DNA of 64,000 nucleotides from an uncultured delta proteobacterium (GCA_963712115.1 CAVQGX010000020.1:64001-128000); one strand, 5' to 3'. Positions 30,966 through 40,503 are shown, counted from the stretch's first letter. Made by a program: numbers and translations. Notes: generated by a model not told the origin, from the sequence alone.

Positions 30966-31997
30966 GTGAGCATTGCCCAGACTATCTTGCGTTTGCTTTT
31001 GGTCGTTGTTTGTTCGGTGAGCGGCTATATACTGGCGTCTTACCTGCAACCTCTGCAGACCTGGGGCATCTGGATCAAATTGGCGGGGACACTTACCGGA
31101 TTCATTTTTGCACTCCTAGCATTATCCATAGAAAAAATAATTAAGAAAGCACCCCTCAAGGTGATCCTGGGCGGTACATTCGGTCTCGTTTTAGGGTTGG
31201 TAATCGCTCAACTGCTCGGCTATATTTTCAGCGGCCTGCAGAATCATGCCATCCGCGTCTCAGCCTCTGTAATCCTGAGTTGTTCCTTCGGTTACATCGG
31301 CTTGGTGTTGGGGGGCAAGAAAATAGAGGAAATCAAGTGGCCGGGTTGGAGCCTCTTTACCAAAGGGTCGCTCAAAAGAAGTGGCGGCAAGATTCTCGAT
31401 ACCAGTGTCATTATAGATGGGCGCATTGCCGACATTTGTGAAACCGATTTTTTGGAAGGGCCACTGGTTGTCCCCCAGTTTGTTCTGCAGGAACTTCAGC
31501 ACATCGCTGATTCCGCTGACAACCTCAAGCGGGCTAGAGGGCGAAGGGGATTGGACATCCTCAATCGCATGCAAAAGGGTGACACTGTGGAGGTGAAAGT
31601 GGTGGATGAGGATTACCCCGAGATAAAAGAGGTGGATACCAAGCTTATTGCCCTGGCCCGTGACATGCATGCCAAGATCATCACTAACGATTTCAACCTT
31701 AACAAAGTGGCACAACTGCAGGGAGTGCCCGTTCTCAACATTAATCAGTTGGCCAACGCCCTCAAACCGATGGTTTTGCCGGGCGAGGTGTTGCACTTGC
31801 AGATTATGCGAGAGGGCAAAGAGCAGGGCCAGGGTGTCGCTTATCTAGACGACGGCACCATGGTTGTGGTTGAGAATGCCAGCAGGCTTCTAGGTCAAGA
31901 TGTGGAAGCCTCTGTTACCAGCATCCTCCAAACCACTGCTGGTCGAATGATTTTTTCCACACTCAAGGAGGAAGCGGGACAGCGCCGCCAGTATTAG
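30966..31997 (+). CDS. PIN/TRAM domain membrane protein (YacL-like)
   Basis: KILDTSVIIDGRI, RGRRGLDIL and YLDDGTMVVVE motifs; carD neighbour. Confidence 0.93.
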   Translation: MSIAQTILRLLLVVVCSVSGYILASYLQPLQTWGIWIKLAGTLTGFIFALLALSIEKIIKKAPLKVILGGTFGLVLGLVIAQLLGYIFSGLQNHAIRVSASVILSCSFGYIGLVLGGKKIEEIKWPGWSLFTKGSLKRSGGKILDTSVIIDGRIADICETDFLEGPLVVPQFVLQELQHIADSADNLKRARGRRGLDILNRMQKGDTVEVKVVDEDYPEIKEVDTKLIALARDMHAKIITNDFNLNKVAQLQGVPVLNINQLANALKPMVLPGEVLHLQIMREGKEQGQGVAYLDDGTMVVVENASRLLGQDVEASVTSILQTTAGRMIFSTLKEEAGQRRQY

Positions 31998-32061
31998 GTG
32001 CGGTGCAGCCATCACCAACCTCTACCTGTCCCGATTAGACAGAAAGAGGCAAGGACAAACA

Positions 32062-32166
32062 GACGACGGCGACACGGTGAAGACGGCGATACGGAGAAAG
32101 AGTAAGCTTGCTATTAAGTATGTCAAATTTTTCTCCGTGTCTCCGCGTCATCCCGTCGCCGTTGTC
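32062..32166. repeat. GACRCGGN-family hairpin, empty copy
   Basis: gacgacggc gacacggt gaagacggc gatacgga gaaa ... ttctccgtgtctccgcgtcatcccgtcgccgttgtc. Confidence 0.78.
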
Positions 32167-32181
32167 GACTGAAGGGGGTTA

Positions 32182-33141
32182 GTGTCTGAATATCGCTTCG
32201 CAGTCTCTCAGAAAGATGCGGGCTCTCGCCTTGATCTTTTCTTGAGCCGCATGAGTCTGGAACTGTCTCGGAATCAGGTTCAGCGTCTAATCGATAACAA
32301 CTGCATCCTGGTTAATGAAAAGCCACAGAAGGCGAGCTACAGACTCAGATCCAAAGATCAGGTTCTGGTCTCTGTTCCTCCACCCCCACTCTCCCAACTC
32401 GAGCCTGAACCGCTCTCTTTAGATGTAGTTTTTGAAGACGACCATTTGATTGCCATCAATAAACCCCCTGGCTTAGTGGTGCATCCTGCCACCAGTCATC
32501 GCACATCCACCCTCGTCCACGGCCTCCTCCATCATTGCGACCATCTGGCTGACCTCGGCGGGCCATTAAGGCCCGGTATAGTTCATCGGCTCGATAAAGA
32601 TACAAGCGGGATTATCGTTGTGGCAAAAGAGAATTCAGCCTATCGCCATCTCAGTCACCAGTTTAAGGAAAAGCTTGTATACAAGGAATATTCCGCCCTT
32701 GTTTATGGGCGCTTGCGGCATTCTTCCGGGCAGTTTACAGATCCTATCCGGAGACATCCGAAAAATCGCAAGAAAATGGGGATAATAGCTGGGGGCCGCG
32801 AGGCCTCCACCTTTTGGTGGCTCGAACTTTTGTTCGGCGAGGTTTCTTTGGTGAAGGTAGTGATCAAGACAGGACGGACACATCAAATCAGAGTGCACTT
32901 TGCCCATGCCCGTCATCCTGTAGTTGGTGACGCCACCTATGGCGGCAAGAAAAGGGTTAAATCTGTGCAAAACCCCCTGATGCGGGCTCGATTGAGCAAA
33001 GTGAAGCGCCAGATGCTCCACGCCCGCAGGTTGGCGCTTGAGCATCCTGCTACTGGCGAAAAACTCGATCTGTCGACCCCGTTGCCTGAAGATATGAGCG
33101 AACTATTGCGATTTTTGCGGAAGTATGGGAGTGAAAAGTAG
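32182..33141 (+). CDS. rluD: RluA-family 23S rRNA pseudouridine synthase
   Basis: S4 domain, NKPPGLVVHP, RPGIVHRLDKDTSG and GRTHQIRVH motifs. Confidence 0.9.
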   Translation: MSEYRFAVSQKDAGSRLDLFLSRMSLELSRNQVQRLIDNNCILVNEKPQKASYRLRSKDQVLVSVPPPPLSQLEPEPLSLDVVFEDDHLIAINKPPGLVVHPATSHRTSTLVHGLLHHCDHLADLGGPLRPGIVHRLDKDTSGIIVVAKENSAYRHLSHQFKEKLVYKEYSALVYGRLRHSSGQFTDPIRRHPKNRKKMGIIAGGREASTFWWLELLFGEVSLVKVVIKTGRTHQIRVHFAHARHPVVGDATYGGKKRVKSVQNPLMRARLSKVKRQMLHARRLALEHPATGEKLDLSTPLPEDMSELLRFLRKYGSEK

Positions 33142-33174
33142 AAAGCAAAGCCCATAGAAAAAATCGGAGTCAGG

Positions 33175-33372
33175 AAATTCGAAATCCTAATACCTAAATC
33201 CTAAACAAATTCAAATTTTCAAAATCCAAATGACCAAAACCTTTAAACTACTGATCTTATCGGTTTTGTTTTGAACATTGGAGAATTTGAAATTCGGATT
33301 TGCCCTTCGACTTGGCTCAGGGTGGTGAGCTGGTCGAACCATTTAGTGCTTCGTGCTTCGGATTCCGGATTT
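33175..33372. repeat. aaatccg-family hairpin, copy 3, with a 39-nt REP-like insert (33303-33341)
   Basis: Arms nearly identical to 11302-11460; insert cccttcgacttggctcagggtggtgagctggtcgaacca splits gatttg|tttagtgcttc. Confidence 0.85.
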
Positions 33373-33443
33373 AGCCGGATCTAATATCCACGTGCTCAAT
33401 CAGATAAATAGCAATCAGCACAGAGAAATGAGGTCGTAACAAC

Positions 33444-34088
33444 ATGCTAAAGGTTGGCCTGACCGGTGGAATAGCTTCCGGGAAAAGCACAGTGTCCAGA
33501 ATCTTTGCCAGTTTTGGGGCAAAGGTTCTCGATGCCGACGAGGTCGCCCGGGAGGTATTGCTACCCGGACAGCCAGCATGGACAAGGCTGCGGCAAGTGT
33601 TTGGGCAGGAATTTTTTCATCCCGACGGCACAGTTAAACGAAAACAACTGCGCAAACTGGTTTTTGCCGATCCAGAAAAGCGAAGCCAGCTAAATGCAAT
33701 TGTGCACCCTGAAGTGATGAAAGAAATAAACCGCAGATCTGAAATCTTGTCCTCCTCAGTTCAGACTGGAGTGCTACTGGTGGATGTGCCTCTTTTGTTG
33801 GAAGTGGGAGTGGCAAACCGTTTTGACAAGGTTATCGTAGTTTATGTTAGTAAGAGTGTCCAGATTAGTCGGCTGCAGCAGCGAGATGGAATCTCGGAAG
33901 AGGAGGCAAAACAGGCATTGAAAGCACAGATGGCTCTCAGCAAGAAGGTGGGGCAGGCCGATTATGTGATCGACAACAGTGGCACACTGGAGGAGACCCT
34001 GGCTCAGGTACGGAAGGTGTGGGAGGAATTGATTAAATTGGCGCGAGAGCTAAGAGGCGGAGAGACGGAGACGGGGGGAAATGAGTGA
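33444..34088 (+). CDS. coaE: Dephospho-CoA kinase
   Basis: VGLTGGIASGKS, DAD, LNAIVHP and DVPLLLE motifs. Confidence 0.96.
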   Translation: MLKVGLTGGIASGKSTVSRIFASFGAKVLDADEVAREVLLPGQPAWTRLRQVFGQEFFHPDGTVKRKQLRKLVFADPEKRSQLNAIVHPEVMKEINRRSEILSSSVQTGVLLVDVPLLLEVGVANRFDKVIVVYVSKSVQISRLQQRDGISEEEAKQALKAQMALSKKVGQADYVIDNSGTLEETLAQVRKVWEELIKLARELRGGETETGGNE

Positions 34089-34272
34089 GATGGGCGAGAC
34101 GGGACTTTAAGCTGGCAGCGGGCAACTGGCAGCTGCCAGAAAACAGATATCTTCTATGCAGAATCATTGCTGTCTGCTGTCAGCTGCAAATTTACTCCAT
34201 GCTCTATGCCCCATGCTCCATGCGCTTTGCGCTATGCTCACAAGGCTGCAACAGACCATTGACAACGGACTC
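34057..34272. repeat. Stacked repeat arms (gagacggN; gcNggca hairpin; tgctcYa arm; caacgga arm)
   Basis: gcggagagacggagacgggg; gctggcagcgggcaactggcag...tgctgtctgctgtcagctgc; ctccatgctctatgccccatgctccatgcgctttgcgc; caacagaccattgacaacggac. Confidence 0.65.
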
Positions 34273-34273
34273 C

Positions 34274-34468
34274 TAGCCCGGATGTTTCATGAATTGGTGT
34301 AACGAGACCACGAAGATGGTCCTACCACCGGGCAACCGTCCCGCGGTACCGCGGGATTGATCCCGAGGCGTACCTGAATGGTACGTCGCAGGGGCCGACA
34401 CCCGAGGACGCACGGAAGGAGGGCCATATCCGTGGTCACAGTAAGCGATTCATGAAAGATCCGGACTA
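34274..34468. mobile_element. MITE, copy 2 (inverted relative to 12893-13074)
   Basis: TIRs tagcccggatgtttcatgaa / ttcatgaaagatccggacta; shared core tacctgaatggtacgtcgcagg; extra palindrome tcccgcggtaccgcggga. Confidence 0.85.
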
Positions 34469-36355
34469 AAGTTCTTGGAGGATTTTTATATCTGATTTTT
34501 CTCTTCTGCCCATAATCCAGCGGCTGAAGGTCTGCTCTTTCTTGGCCAGAAGCAGTTGGCTGGCGAGGCTACCTCTCTGTTTTTGAAACTCCTCTTCAGT
34601 AGCGGGCTGGCGATCTTCCAATTGCAGGATCAGGAACTTGCCATCAACCTCATAAACTTCAGGCGCCACGGGCTGCCCAGGTCTGAGGGCGAATGCGGTG
34701 ATGACCAGATCCCTCTGATTTCCAATAGGCCGCGCCGGAGAAGTGGCGGTGAAGAGACCTGTTGTTTTTGCTTGTAATTTGTTGTTACGGGCAACGTTGG
34801 TAATGGTCCCTTCCTTGCGAGCGGCTTCGATCCACTCTTGCGCCTTTCTGCGGGCCAGGTCTCTACTTTGTTCCGCCAGCCAGTCTTCTCTAACTTCTTT
34901 TTTAGCTTCGTCAAGCTCCTTTAGCCTGGATTCCTGAATTGCAATTAATTGCGCCACCAGCTGATCTTCTCCCAGGGTGAGCACTGGTGAAATCTCCTTC
35001 AATTGCAGAGAAAAGATAGCTTCACTAATCTCAGGATAGGAGCCAAGCAAAGGGATAGGTTCACCGACAGCAAAGAAACCGCTTTCTTTTACTTCCAAAC
35101 TCTTCTCCAGTGCAGCTTTTTGCATATCATCCAAGGAGCGGCTTAGATCTATGAAGGACTCGGCCCGCTGCCAAGCAATTTCACCGGCCTGCTCTTGTTT
35201 GACGCTCTGGATCACACTTTCCTTTACTTCGGCCAGAGGCTTGATCGACTCTTCCTTTATATCCTCAACCTTAATGATGTGGAGACCAAAACGGCTGCGG
35301 ACCAAGTCACTGATCTCACCTTTTTCTAAAGAGAAGGCAGAGTCGGAAAAAGGCTTAACCATATCTTCGCGGGTGAAATAGCCTAAATCTCCCCCTGTGG
35401 AGGCGGTGGAGTCTTCCGAATATCTCCTTGCGAGTTCAGCAAAATCCTCCCCTTTGCGAGCCAGGTCCAGAACCATATCGGCTCTTTTTTGAATTGCTTG
35501 AATATCCGAGGTCTTGGCCTTTGGAGGTATGCGGAAAAGGATGTGGCGAGCCCGCACCTTCTCTGGTTCTTTGTAGTCCTCCTGGTGCAGTCGGTAGAAA
35601 TCTTCTATTTCCATATCTGTGGGCTGGACTTCATCTATATAGTCCCGCGGCCTAAAGCGGACGTAAAGGATGTTACGTTTGACCGGGAGTCGGTAGTTTT
35701 CACGGTGTTTGTCAAAGTAGTCCCTGATAGACTCCTCATCCACTTTCACCTGCGTCTTGAAGTCCTTCGGGTCCACCTGAACGTAGGCCAGATTCACCTT
35801 ATCCTGGGTATGATGAAAGAAGGAGAGCATTTCTGCATCCAGCACCTTGGTGCCCCGGGTGATGAACTGCTGTACTTTACTAATTAGCAGGTCTTCGCGC
35901 TGACTGGCCTCGAACTCCTGAGGAGTGAGCTTGTTTAAACGCAGGATTTGCTGGTAGCGCTGTTGATCAAAGCGGCCGTTGGTCTGGAAAGCAGGATAGG
36001 AGATTATGGCATTTTGAAGTTCTTCCCGTGAAACATCCAGTTCGAGCATTTTGGCCTCTGCCAAAAGCAGTCTGCGGTTAATTAACTGGTCCAGAGCTTG
36101 TCTTTTTAGGTTCAGGGTTTCCGCCAACTCAGGGGAAAATTGTTTGCCGAATTGACGGCGCATCTGCTCCACCAAGTTGTTGTACATGGACTGAAATTCC
36201 AGCATGCCGATGTAGGATCCATTTACCGCGGCAACGCGGCTTGCCTTTTTCTCTGTATAGGAATAACCCCCCCAGAATATGAAAACGATTACGATGGCAA
36301 AGAGGGCCACCTTGATCAGCCACGATGTGGCATGTTTGCGCATAAGTCCGAGCAT
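34466..36355 (-). CDS. ppiD: Periplasmic folding chaperone / peptidyl-prolyl isomerase (SurA-N + parvulin)
   Basis: MLGLMRK-TM anchor, VAAVNG, ARHIL, FAELARRYSED, GGDLG and FGLHIIKV motifs. Confidence 0.9.
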   Translation of the reverse strand: MLGLMRKHATSWLIKVALFAIVIVFIFWGGYSYTEKKASRVAAVNGSYIGMLEFQSMYNNLVEQMRRQFGKQFSPELAETLNLKRQALDQLINRRLLLAEAKMLELDVSREELQNAIISYPAFQTNGRFDQQRYQQILRLNKLTPQEFEASQREDLLISKVQQFITRGTKVLDAEMLSFFHHTQDKVNLAYVQVDPKDFKTQVKVDEESIRDYFDKHRENYRLPVKRNILYVRFRPRDYIDEVQPTDMEIEDFYRLHQEDYKEPEKVRARHILFRIPPKAKTSDIQAIQKRADMVLDLARKGEDFAELARRYSEDSTASTGGDLGYFTREDMVKPFSDSAFSLEKGEISDLVRSRFGLHIIKVEDIKEESIKPLAEVKESVIQSVKQEQAGEIAWQRAESFIDLSRSLDDMQKAALEKSLEVKESGFFAVGEPIPLLGSYPEISEAIFSLQLKEISPVLTLGEDQLVAQLIAIQESRLKELDEAKKEVREDWLAEQSRDLARRKAQEWIEAARKEGTITNVARNNKLQAKTTGLFTATSPARPIGNQRDLVITAFALRPGQPVAPEVYEVDGKFLILQLEDRQPATEEEFQKQRGSLASQLLLAKKEQTFSRWIMGRREKSDIKILQEL

Positions 36356-36410
36356 CTTTTAACCTCGCAATGTAATGCCTTGCATGGACAGTTCGAACCA
36401 TCAAAACCGA

Positions 36411-36494
36411 AATATCGAATATTGAACAGCAGAACAAGGAACCGCAGAACCGCAGAAATATATAACGTTCACTTCGATATTCTGCGGTTCAACA
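36411..36494. repeat. AANNNNG-family hairpin, copy 3
   Basis: aatatcg aatattg aacagcag aacaagg aaccgcag aaccgcag ... acttcgatattctgcggttc. Confidence 0.75.
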
Positions 36495-36738
36495 TACTAT
36501 CTGCCAAGATCTGCGCAAATACTTCTGCGGAAGCGAATCTCCGCCTGAATTGCTTGTTTCGGTTCGCTTGGAAACTAACCAAATTTCAAACCAATTGCAA
36601 GTCCATAATGGAACGACATTCGCAAAGGCCAGAGGAGGGAGACACTGTTAACTCGTCTGGCCAAGGTAAGAATTCTTATACTTCAGGGGAAAACTTTGAA
36701 AATTCGCGTTCACTTTAGTTAACTTCAACCACTTCTTC

Positions 36739-36753
36739 TGACAAATATTGTCA
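36739..36753. promoter_or_regulatory. Palindromic upstream activator site (candidate PilR-type enhancer)
   Basis: TGACAA-ata-TTGTCA about 235 nt upstream of the sigma54 motif, with an AT-rich tract in between. Confidence 0.45.
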
Positions 36754-36985
36754 AAGGGTGACACTAAGTGATGAGAAATAGATCCATCTGGCCGTTTCTC
36801 TTGCCAAAAAATATCTCAAAATTCTGGATTTACCCTATTAATCTACGACCCTTGCCAAGATGTTTCAGAGGAAAGTTAAATTAAATTTATTAATAAAATT
36901 CAATTGTTTAAATGTAATAAAGTTGAAAATCTGAAGTCGGGTTCTAGTCCCTGTTTAGTGCCCCTTCGATAAAGGCGCTCTATAT

Positions 36986-37001
36986 TGGCAAGTAAATTGC
37001 A
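36986..37001 (+). promoter_or_regulatory. sigma54 (-24/-12) promoter of pilA
   Basis: TGGCAagtaaaTTGCA with exact GG-N10-GC spacing, 127 nt upstream of pilA. Confidence 0.8.
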
Positions 37002-37127
37002 GTGTATCCGCACAAAAGAAAAAAAGAATCCAAGAATCCATGGGAGGGGGTGAAACAAGCGAAGGGTAGCATCAAGGAAGTAAATATTTGACAAAATAAA
37101 TAAATTGGAAAAGAAAGGAGAAGGCTA

Positions 37128-37343
37128 ATGCTTACAAAAATCAGAAGAAAGCTCAACAAAAAGGGTTTTACCCTCATTGAGCTGATGATCGTTATCGCCA
37201 TTATCGGTATTCTGGCCGCCATCGCTATTCCGCAGTTTGCTTCATACCGGCAAAAGAGTTACAACTCGGCGTCTCAGAGTGACCTGCGCAACATCAAAAC
37301 CAACCTGGAAGCTTACTACGCCGATTACCAGGAATATTCCTAA
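37128..37343 (+). CDS. pilA: Short type IVa pilin, Geobacter PilA-N type
   Basis: KKG|[24 protein letters not shown] cleavage motif; 58-aa mature protein; aaggag RBS. Confidence 0.95.
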   Translation: MLTKIRRKLNKKGFTLIELMIVIAIIGILAAIAIPQFASYRQKSYNSASQSDLRNIKTNLEAYYADYQEYS

Positions 37344-37398
37344 ACAGCAGGGATAGAAGCGGCGCATGGTTATTAGAGAATATAAGGAGGAAAATCTC

Positions 37399-37746
37399 AT
37401 GAAGAAAATAATTATTTTCACTCTTTCCGTGGCCATGATTATGGGCTTTGCTTTACCCGTCATGGCCGACTGTACTAATGCCACCGATGTCGTCACTCTG
37501 GGAACGGGCACGACGGGCGCTGAACTTTCGTATGGTGTTTCCCAGAATGTATATGTCACCTATGCGACGACCAACAACTGGCAGGACTATGGTCTTGCTA
37601 CCACTCACAAAGCGGGTAACCGTTTTTACGGGACCACCAACAATACGACCTTGATCTACTACGGTACTAAGAGTACAGGTGATACCACCGTAAGCGCTCC
37701 CACAGCAGGAACTAGCGACCTGAGCGGTTACGGCACGCCACTCTAG
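37399..37746 (+). CDS. Secreted PilA-C-like pilin partner
   Basis: aaggagg RBS, Sec signal peptide, Thr/Gly-rich beta-type sequence with HKAGNRFYG; shares a terminator with pilA. Confidence 0.75.
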   Translation: MKKIIIFTLSVAMIMGFALPVMADCTNATDVVTLGTGTTGAELSYGVSQNVYVTYATTNNWQDYGLATTHKAGNRFYGTTNNTTLIYYGTKSTGDTTVSAPTAGTSDLSGYGTPL

Positions 37747-37772
37747 GAGTCAAGAGTTGCAATACGGACACG

Positions 37773-37804
37773 AGAGGGGTCGGACGCGGACCCCTCTTTT
37801 TTTT
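37773..37804 (+). terminator. Intrinsic terminator after the pilin pair
   Basis: agaggggtc-loop-gacccctct followed by a T run. Confidence 0.85.
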
Positions 37805-37885
37805 AGTTCGAACTACATTATTAGTATGATAGAAATATAGCTTCCTCTGCTTGCTAACCGAGATGCACTAACCTCCAGGGGCCAG

Positions 37886-38695
37886 ATGAAAAGACAGCTT
37901 ATTGCTTTTGTCACCTTATCCATCAAGGGCGGCATTCGGGATCGGGTGCTCGCGGCCATACTGGTTGTGGGGCTTCTGCTACTCCTGACCACTCCGGTAG
38001 TGGCTGTTTTTTCCATGCGCCAGGTAGTGGCCCTGGCAATGAGCTACTCTCTTTCGGTAATAAGCCTGGTGGGCCTAATTCTGACCTTATTCATGGCAAT
38101 GTCACTGCTGGCCAGAGACCTTGAGCAGCGCAGCATTTATACGGTTTGCTCTCTGCCAATTTCCCGCTCATCCTATGTGGTTGGAAAATTTTTGGGGTTT
38201 GCCGTTGTTATCTTTTTTGCTCTTGCCATTCTGGGATGCTTCACTGCAGGCGCCATCTTTGTGCTTGAGCGTATATACCCCTCAGATAGGTTATTCACCT
38301 GGGACGCCTTTCTTGTGGGGCTCTGGTTTCAGTACTGGGTTTTTCTCATCACGGGGGCCATAACTGTCCTCTTCTCCACGGTGGCAACTTCTACCTTTCT
38401 TCCCTTGGCATTGAGTGTCGGCATTTACTTCGGAAGTTACAGTACGGAAGCCGTGCGGTATTTTGTCCAGAGCGCCGGCGGACAGCAACGACTCGATCCA
38501 GTGGTTAGCATGCTTGGCCGCCTGGTGTACTGGATCCTTCCCAATTTCTCTGCCTTTGATCTCAAGTCTCAGATCATTTACGGAGTGGCCATGAACAGCA
38601 AGGCCTTACTGCTGACCCAGTTGTATGGCATCGGATATCTGGGTGTACTAATTGTCTTAGCCATGATCTCTTTTGGCCGGAGAGAGTTTCTCTGA
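37886..38695 (+). CDS. ABC-2 type permease (xap-like, pilin-associated)
   Basis: Six TM helices; RSIYTV-SLPISR-YVVGKFLG, YWILPNFSAFDLK and terminal F-RREF motifs. Confidence 0.85.
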   Translation: MKRQLIAFVTLSIKGGIRDRVLAAILVVGLLLLLTTPVVAVFSMRQVVALAMSYSLSVISLVGLILTLFMAMSLLARDLEQRSIYTVCSLPISRSSYVVGKFLGFAVVIFFALAILGCFTAGAIFVLERIYPSDRLFTWDAFLVGLWFQYWVFLITGAITVLFSTVATSTFLPLALSVGIYFGSYSTEAVRYFVQSAGGQQRLDPVVSMLGRLVYWILPNFSAFDLKSQIIYGVAMNSKALLLTQLYGIGYLGVLIVLAMISFGRREFL

Positions 38696-38701
38696 CGGAA
38701 A

Positions 38702-39604
38702 ATGGTGAAGAGTGAATGGGGAATCTATATGAGATTCCTGGTGACCAGGATGAAACGAGTTTTATCACTTTTGTTTTTTTTGCTTTTGCTGATTGGCACA
38801 CAGGTGCCCCTAACCTCAGTACGCAGTTCGCAACCCCCTGAGGCTAGGATGCCTTTTTTCCCGCCAGCTCCTGTGATCAAGGCTATGAGCGGGGACCAGT
38901 ACCAGTTTCTCTCCCATGTTATCTCACTCCAGTGCCTGTTTTATTTCGGCACTCTCGTGGAAGAGAGGCAGCAGGTGAAGGATTGGAACCGGCTGGAAAG
39001 GGCCTTATACACCTCTACCCGGCTGGATCCTTACAATATGGATGCTTACTATTTTGCTCAAGCAGTCCTTACCTGGGATGCCCGCATGCCACGTCAGGCC
39101 ATAGAGCTTTTGGAATACGGCTTTTCCCACCGAACCTGGGACTGGTATCTGCCATTTTTCCTCTCTTTTGATTACGCTTTCTTTTTGAAGGATTATGCCA
39201 AAGCCGCAGAGCTCATGGCAAAGGTTGCGGAGCTAAAGCCAAATGTTGTTTGGCTGCCCACTCTGGCGGCACGCTACTTCTACGAAGGTGGCGAAACCGC
39301 TTTGGCTCTCGCCTACCTCAAGGAGATGATTGCCACCGCCCGGAATGCGGCGATGAAGAAACATTTGGAGATACGGGCTGAGGCTCTCGAGAAAATTCTG
39401 CAGATGGAAAAGGCTATTCTGATCTACAGAGAGCGTTTCCACAGAGGGCCTGAGAAGCTGGTGGATTTGGTTAGGGTAGGAATTATTGAGCGCATACCTG
39501 AAGATCCCTACGGGGGAACTTTTTATCTGGATAAAGAGGGCAGAGTGCGGACAACCAGTAAGTTAGCCTTTGGAGGTAGATCCAGTGGAGCCCGTAAAAA
39601 TTGA
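38702..39604 (+). CDS. XapA-like TPR protein with a C-terminal IPEDPYGG (pseudopilin-like) motif
   Basis: LDPYNMDAYYFAQA, WYLPFF and LVRVGIIERIPEDPYGGTFY motifs. Confidence 0.75.
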   Translation: MVKSEWGIYMRFLVTRMKRVLSLLFFLLLLIGTQVPLTSVRSSQPPEARMPFFPPAPVIKAMSGDQYQFLSHVISLQCLFYFGTLVEERQQVKDWNRLERALYTSTRLDPYNMDAYYFAQAVLTWDARMPRQAIELLEYGFSHRTWDWYLPFFLSFDYAFFLKDYAKAAELMAKVAELKPNVVWLPTLAARYFYEGGETALALAYLKEMIATARNAAMKKHLEIRAEALEKILQMEKAILIYRERFHRGPEKLVDLVRVGIIERIPEDPYGGTFYLDKEGRVRTTSKLAFGGRSSGARKN

Positions 39605-40503
39605 GGGTTTAGAGAAGGTTTACCTGAAAGGGCTCAGGCGGCAGAGGGTCCTGGCGGTCAATGATCTTCATCTTTCTGTGGCCCATGGAGAGATATTCGG
39701 ATTTTTGGGGCCTAATGGTGCTGGGAAGAGCACCACCATAAAGATCCTTTGCGATCTAATCCGTCCGACTAAAGGGAAGGCAACCATTTTGGGTAAAGAC
39801 GTGAGAAATTCTGAAGCCCGGCGTGAAATGGGATATCTTCCGGAGAATCCAAGCTATTATCCTTTCCTCACCGCCCGGGAACTCCTCCGTTTCCACGGGG
39901 CCATCCATGGGATCAGTGAGTCGACCGTACTTAAGCGTGGAGAGGAGTTGCTCTGATTTGCTGGAGCTCACCGCAGCTGCTAACCGCCCCCTTCGCACTT
40001 ACTCCAAAGGCATGGTACAGCGTTTGGGTATCTCTGCTGCCCTCATTCATGATCCCCGAGTGCTTATCCTGGATGAGCCCATGTCCGGTCTAGACCCCGT
40101 CGGCCGCAAGCTGGTCATGGATCTCATGATTCAGCTGCGCACCCAGGGAAAGAGCATGTTTTTTAGCACCCATATCTTGCACGATGTTGAGATTATCTGT
40201 GATCGCATCGGGATTATTAACAAAGGAGAACTCAAGTTCTGCGGGACTCTAAAGGATATAGCTTCCGAGAGTTTTTCCTCCTACGAGGTCGTCTTCAGAA
40301 ATGTTGAACCCCACCAGGTGCCAACCCTTCAGCAGGAGGGGTTGTCCTCTGAAACACACCAGGACAAGGTACAGGTAGAAGTTGCCAAAGAGGAACTCAC
40401 CAATTTTCTTGAAAACTGTATGCAGCAAGGCATGGAGCCTTATACTGTCGAGCCGAAGCGATTCAGCTTGGAAGATTTCTTTATGGATTTCATTGATGAT
40501 TAA
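39585..40503 (+). CDS. ABC transporter ATP-binding protein (xapD-like), one frameshift near 39954
   Basis: Walker A GPNGAGKST in one frame; YSKGM and LILDEPMSGLDP in the next. Removing one T in ctc(t)gat joins them. Confidence 0.85.

Noticed and set aside
30328-33141. Absence of ispD/ispF after carD and PIN-TRAM
   Set aside because: Ordinary synteny break with nothing in the sequence to suggest more.
11302-33372. Periodic intergenic repeats as CRISPR arrays
   Set aside because: Units are 7-9 nt, degenerate, arranged as inverted arms, with no unique spacers and no cas genes.
34085-34276. Small ORFs made of repeat sequence (also 5353-5658, 13020-13223, 23078-23650, 36140-36718)
   Set aside because: Translations of hairpin arms or MITEs (e.g. 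SMLYAPCSMR, RVSASPR), with no independent coding evidence.
39940-39960. Programmed frameshift in the ABC ATPase
   Set aside because: No slippery heptamer; a single extra T explains it.
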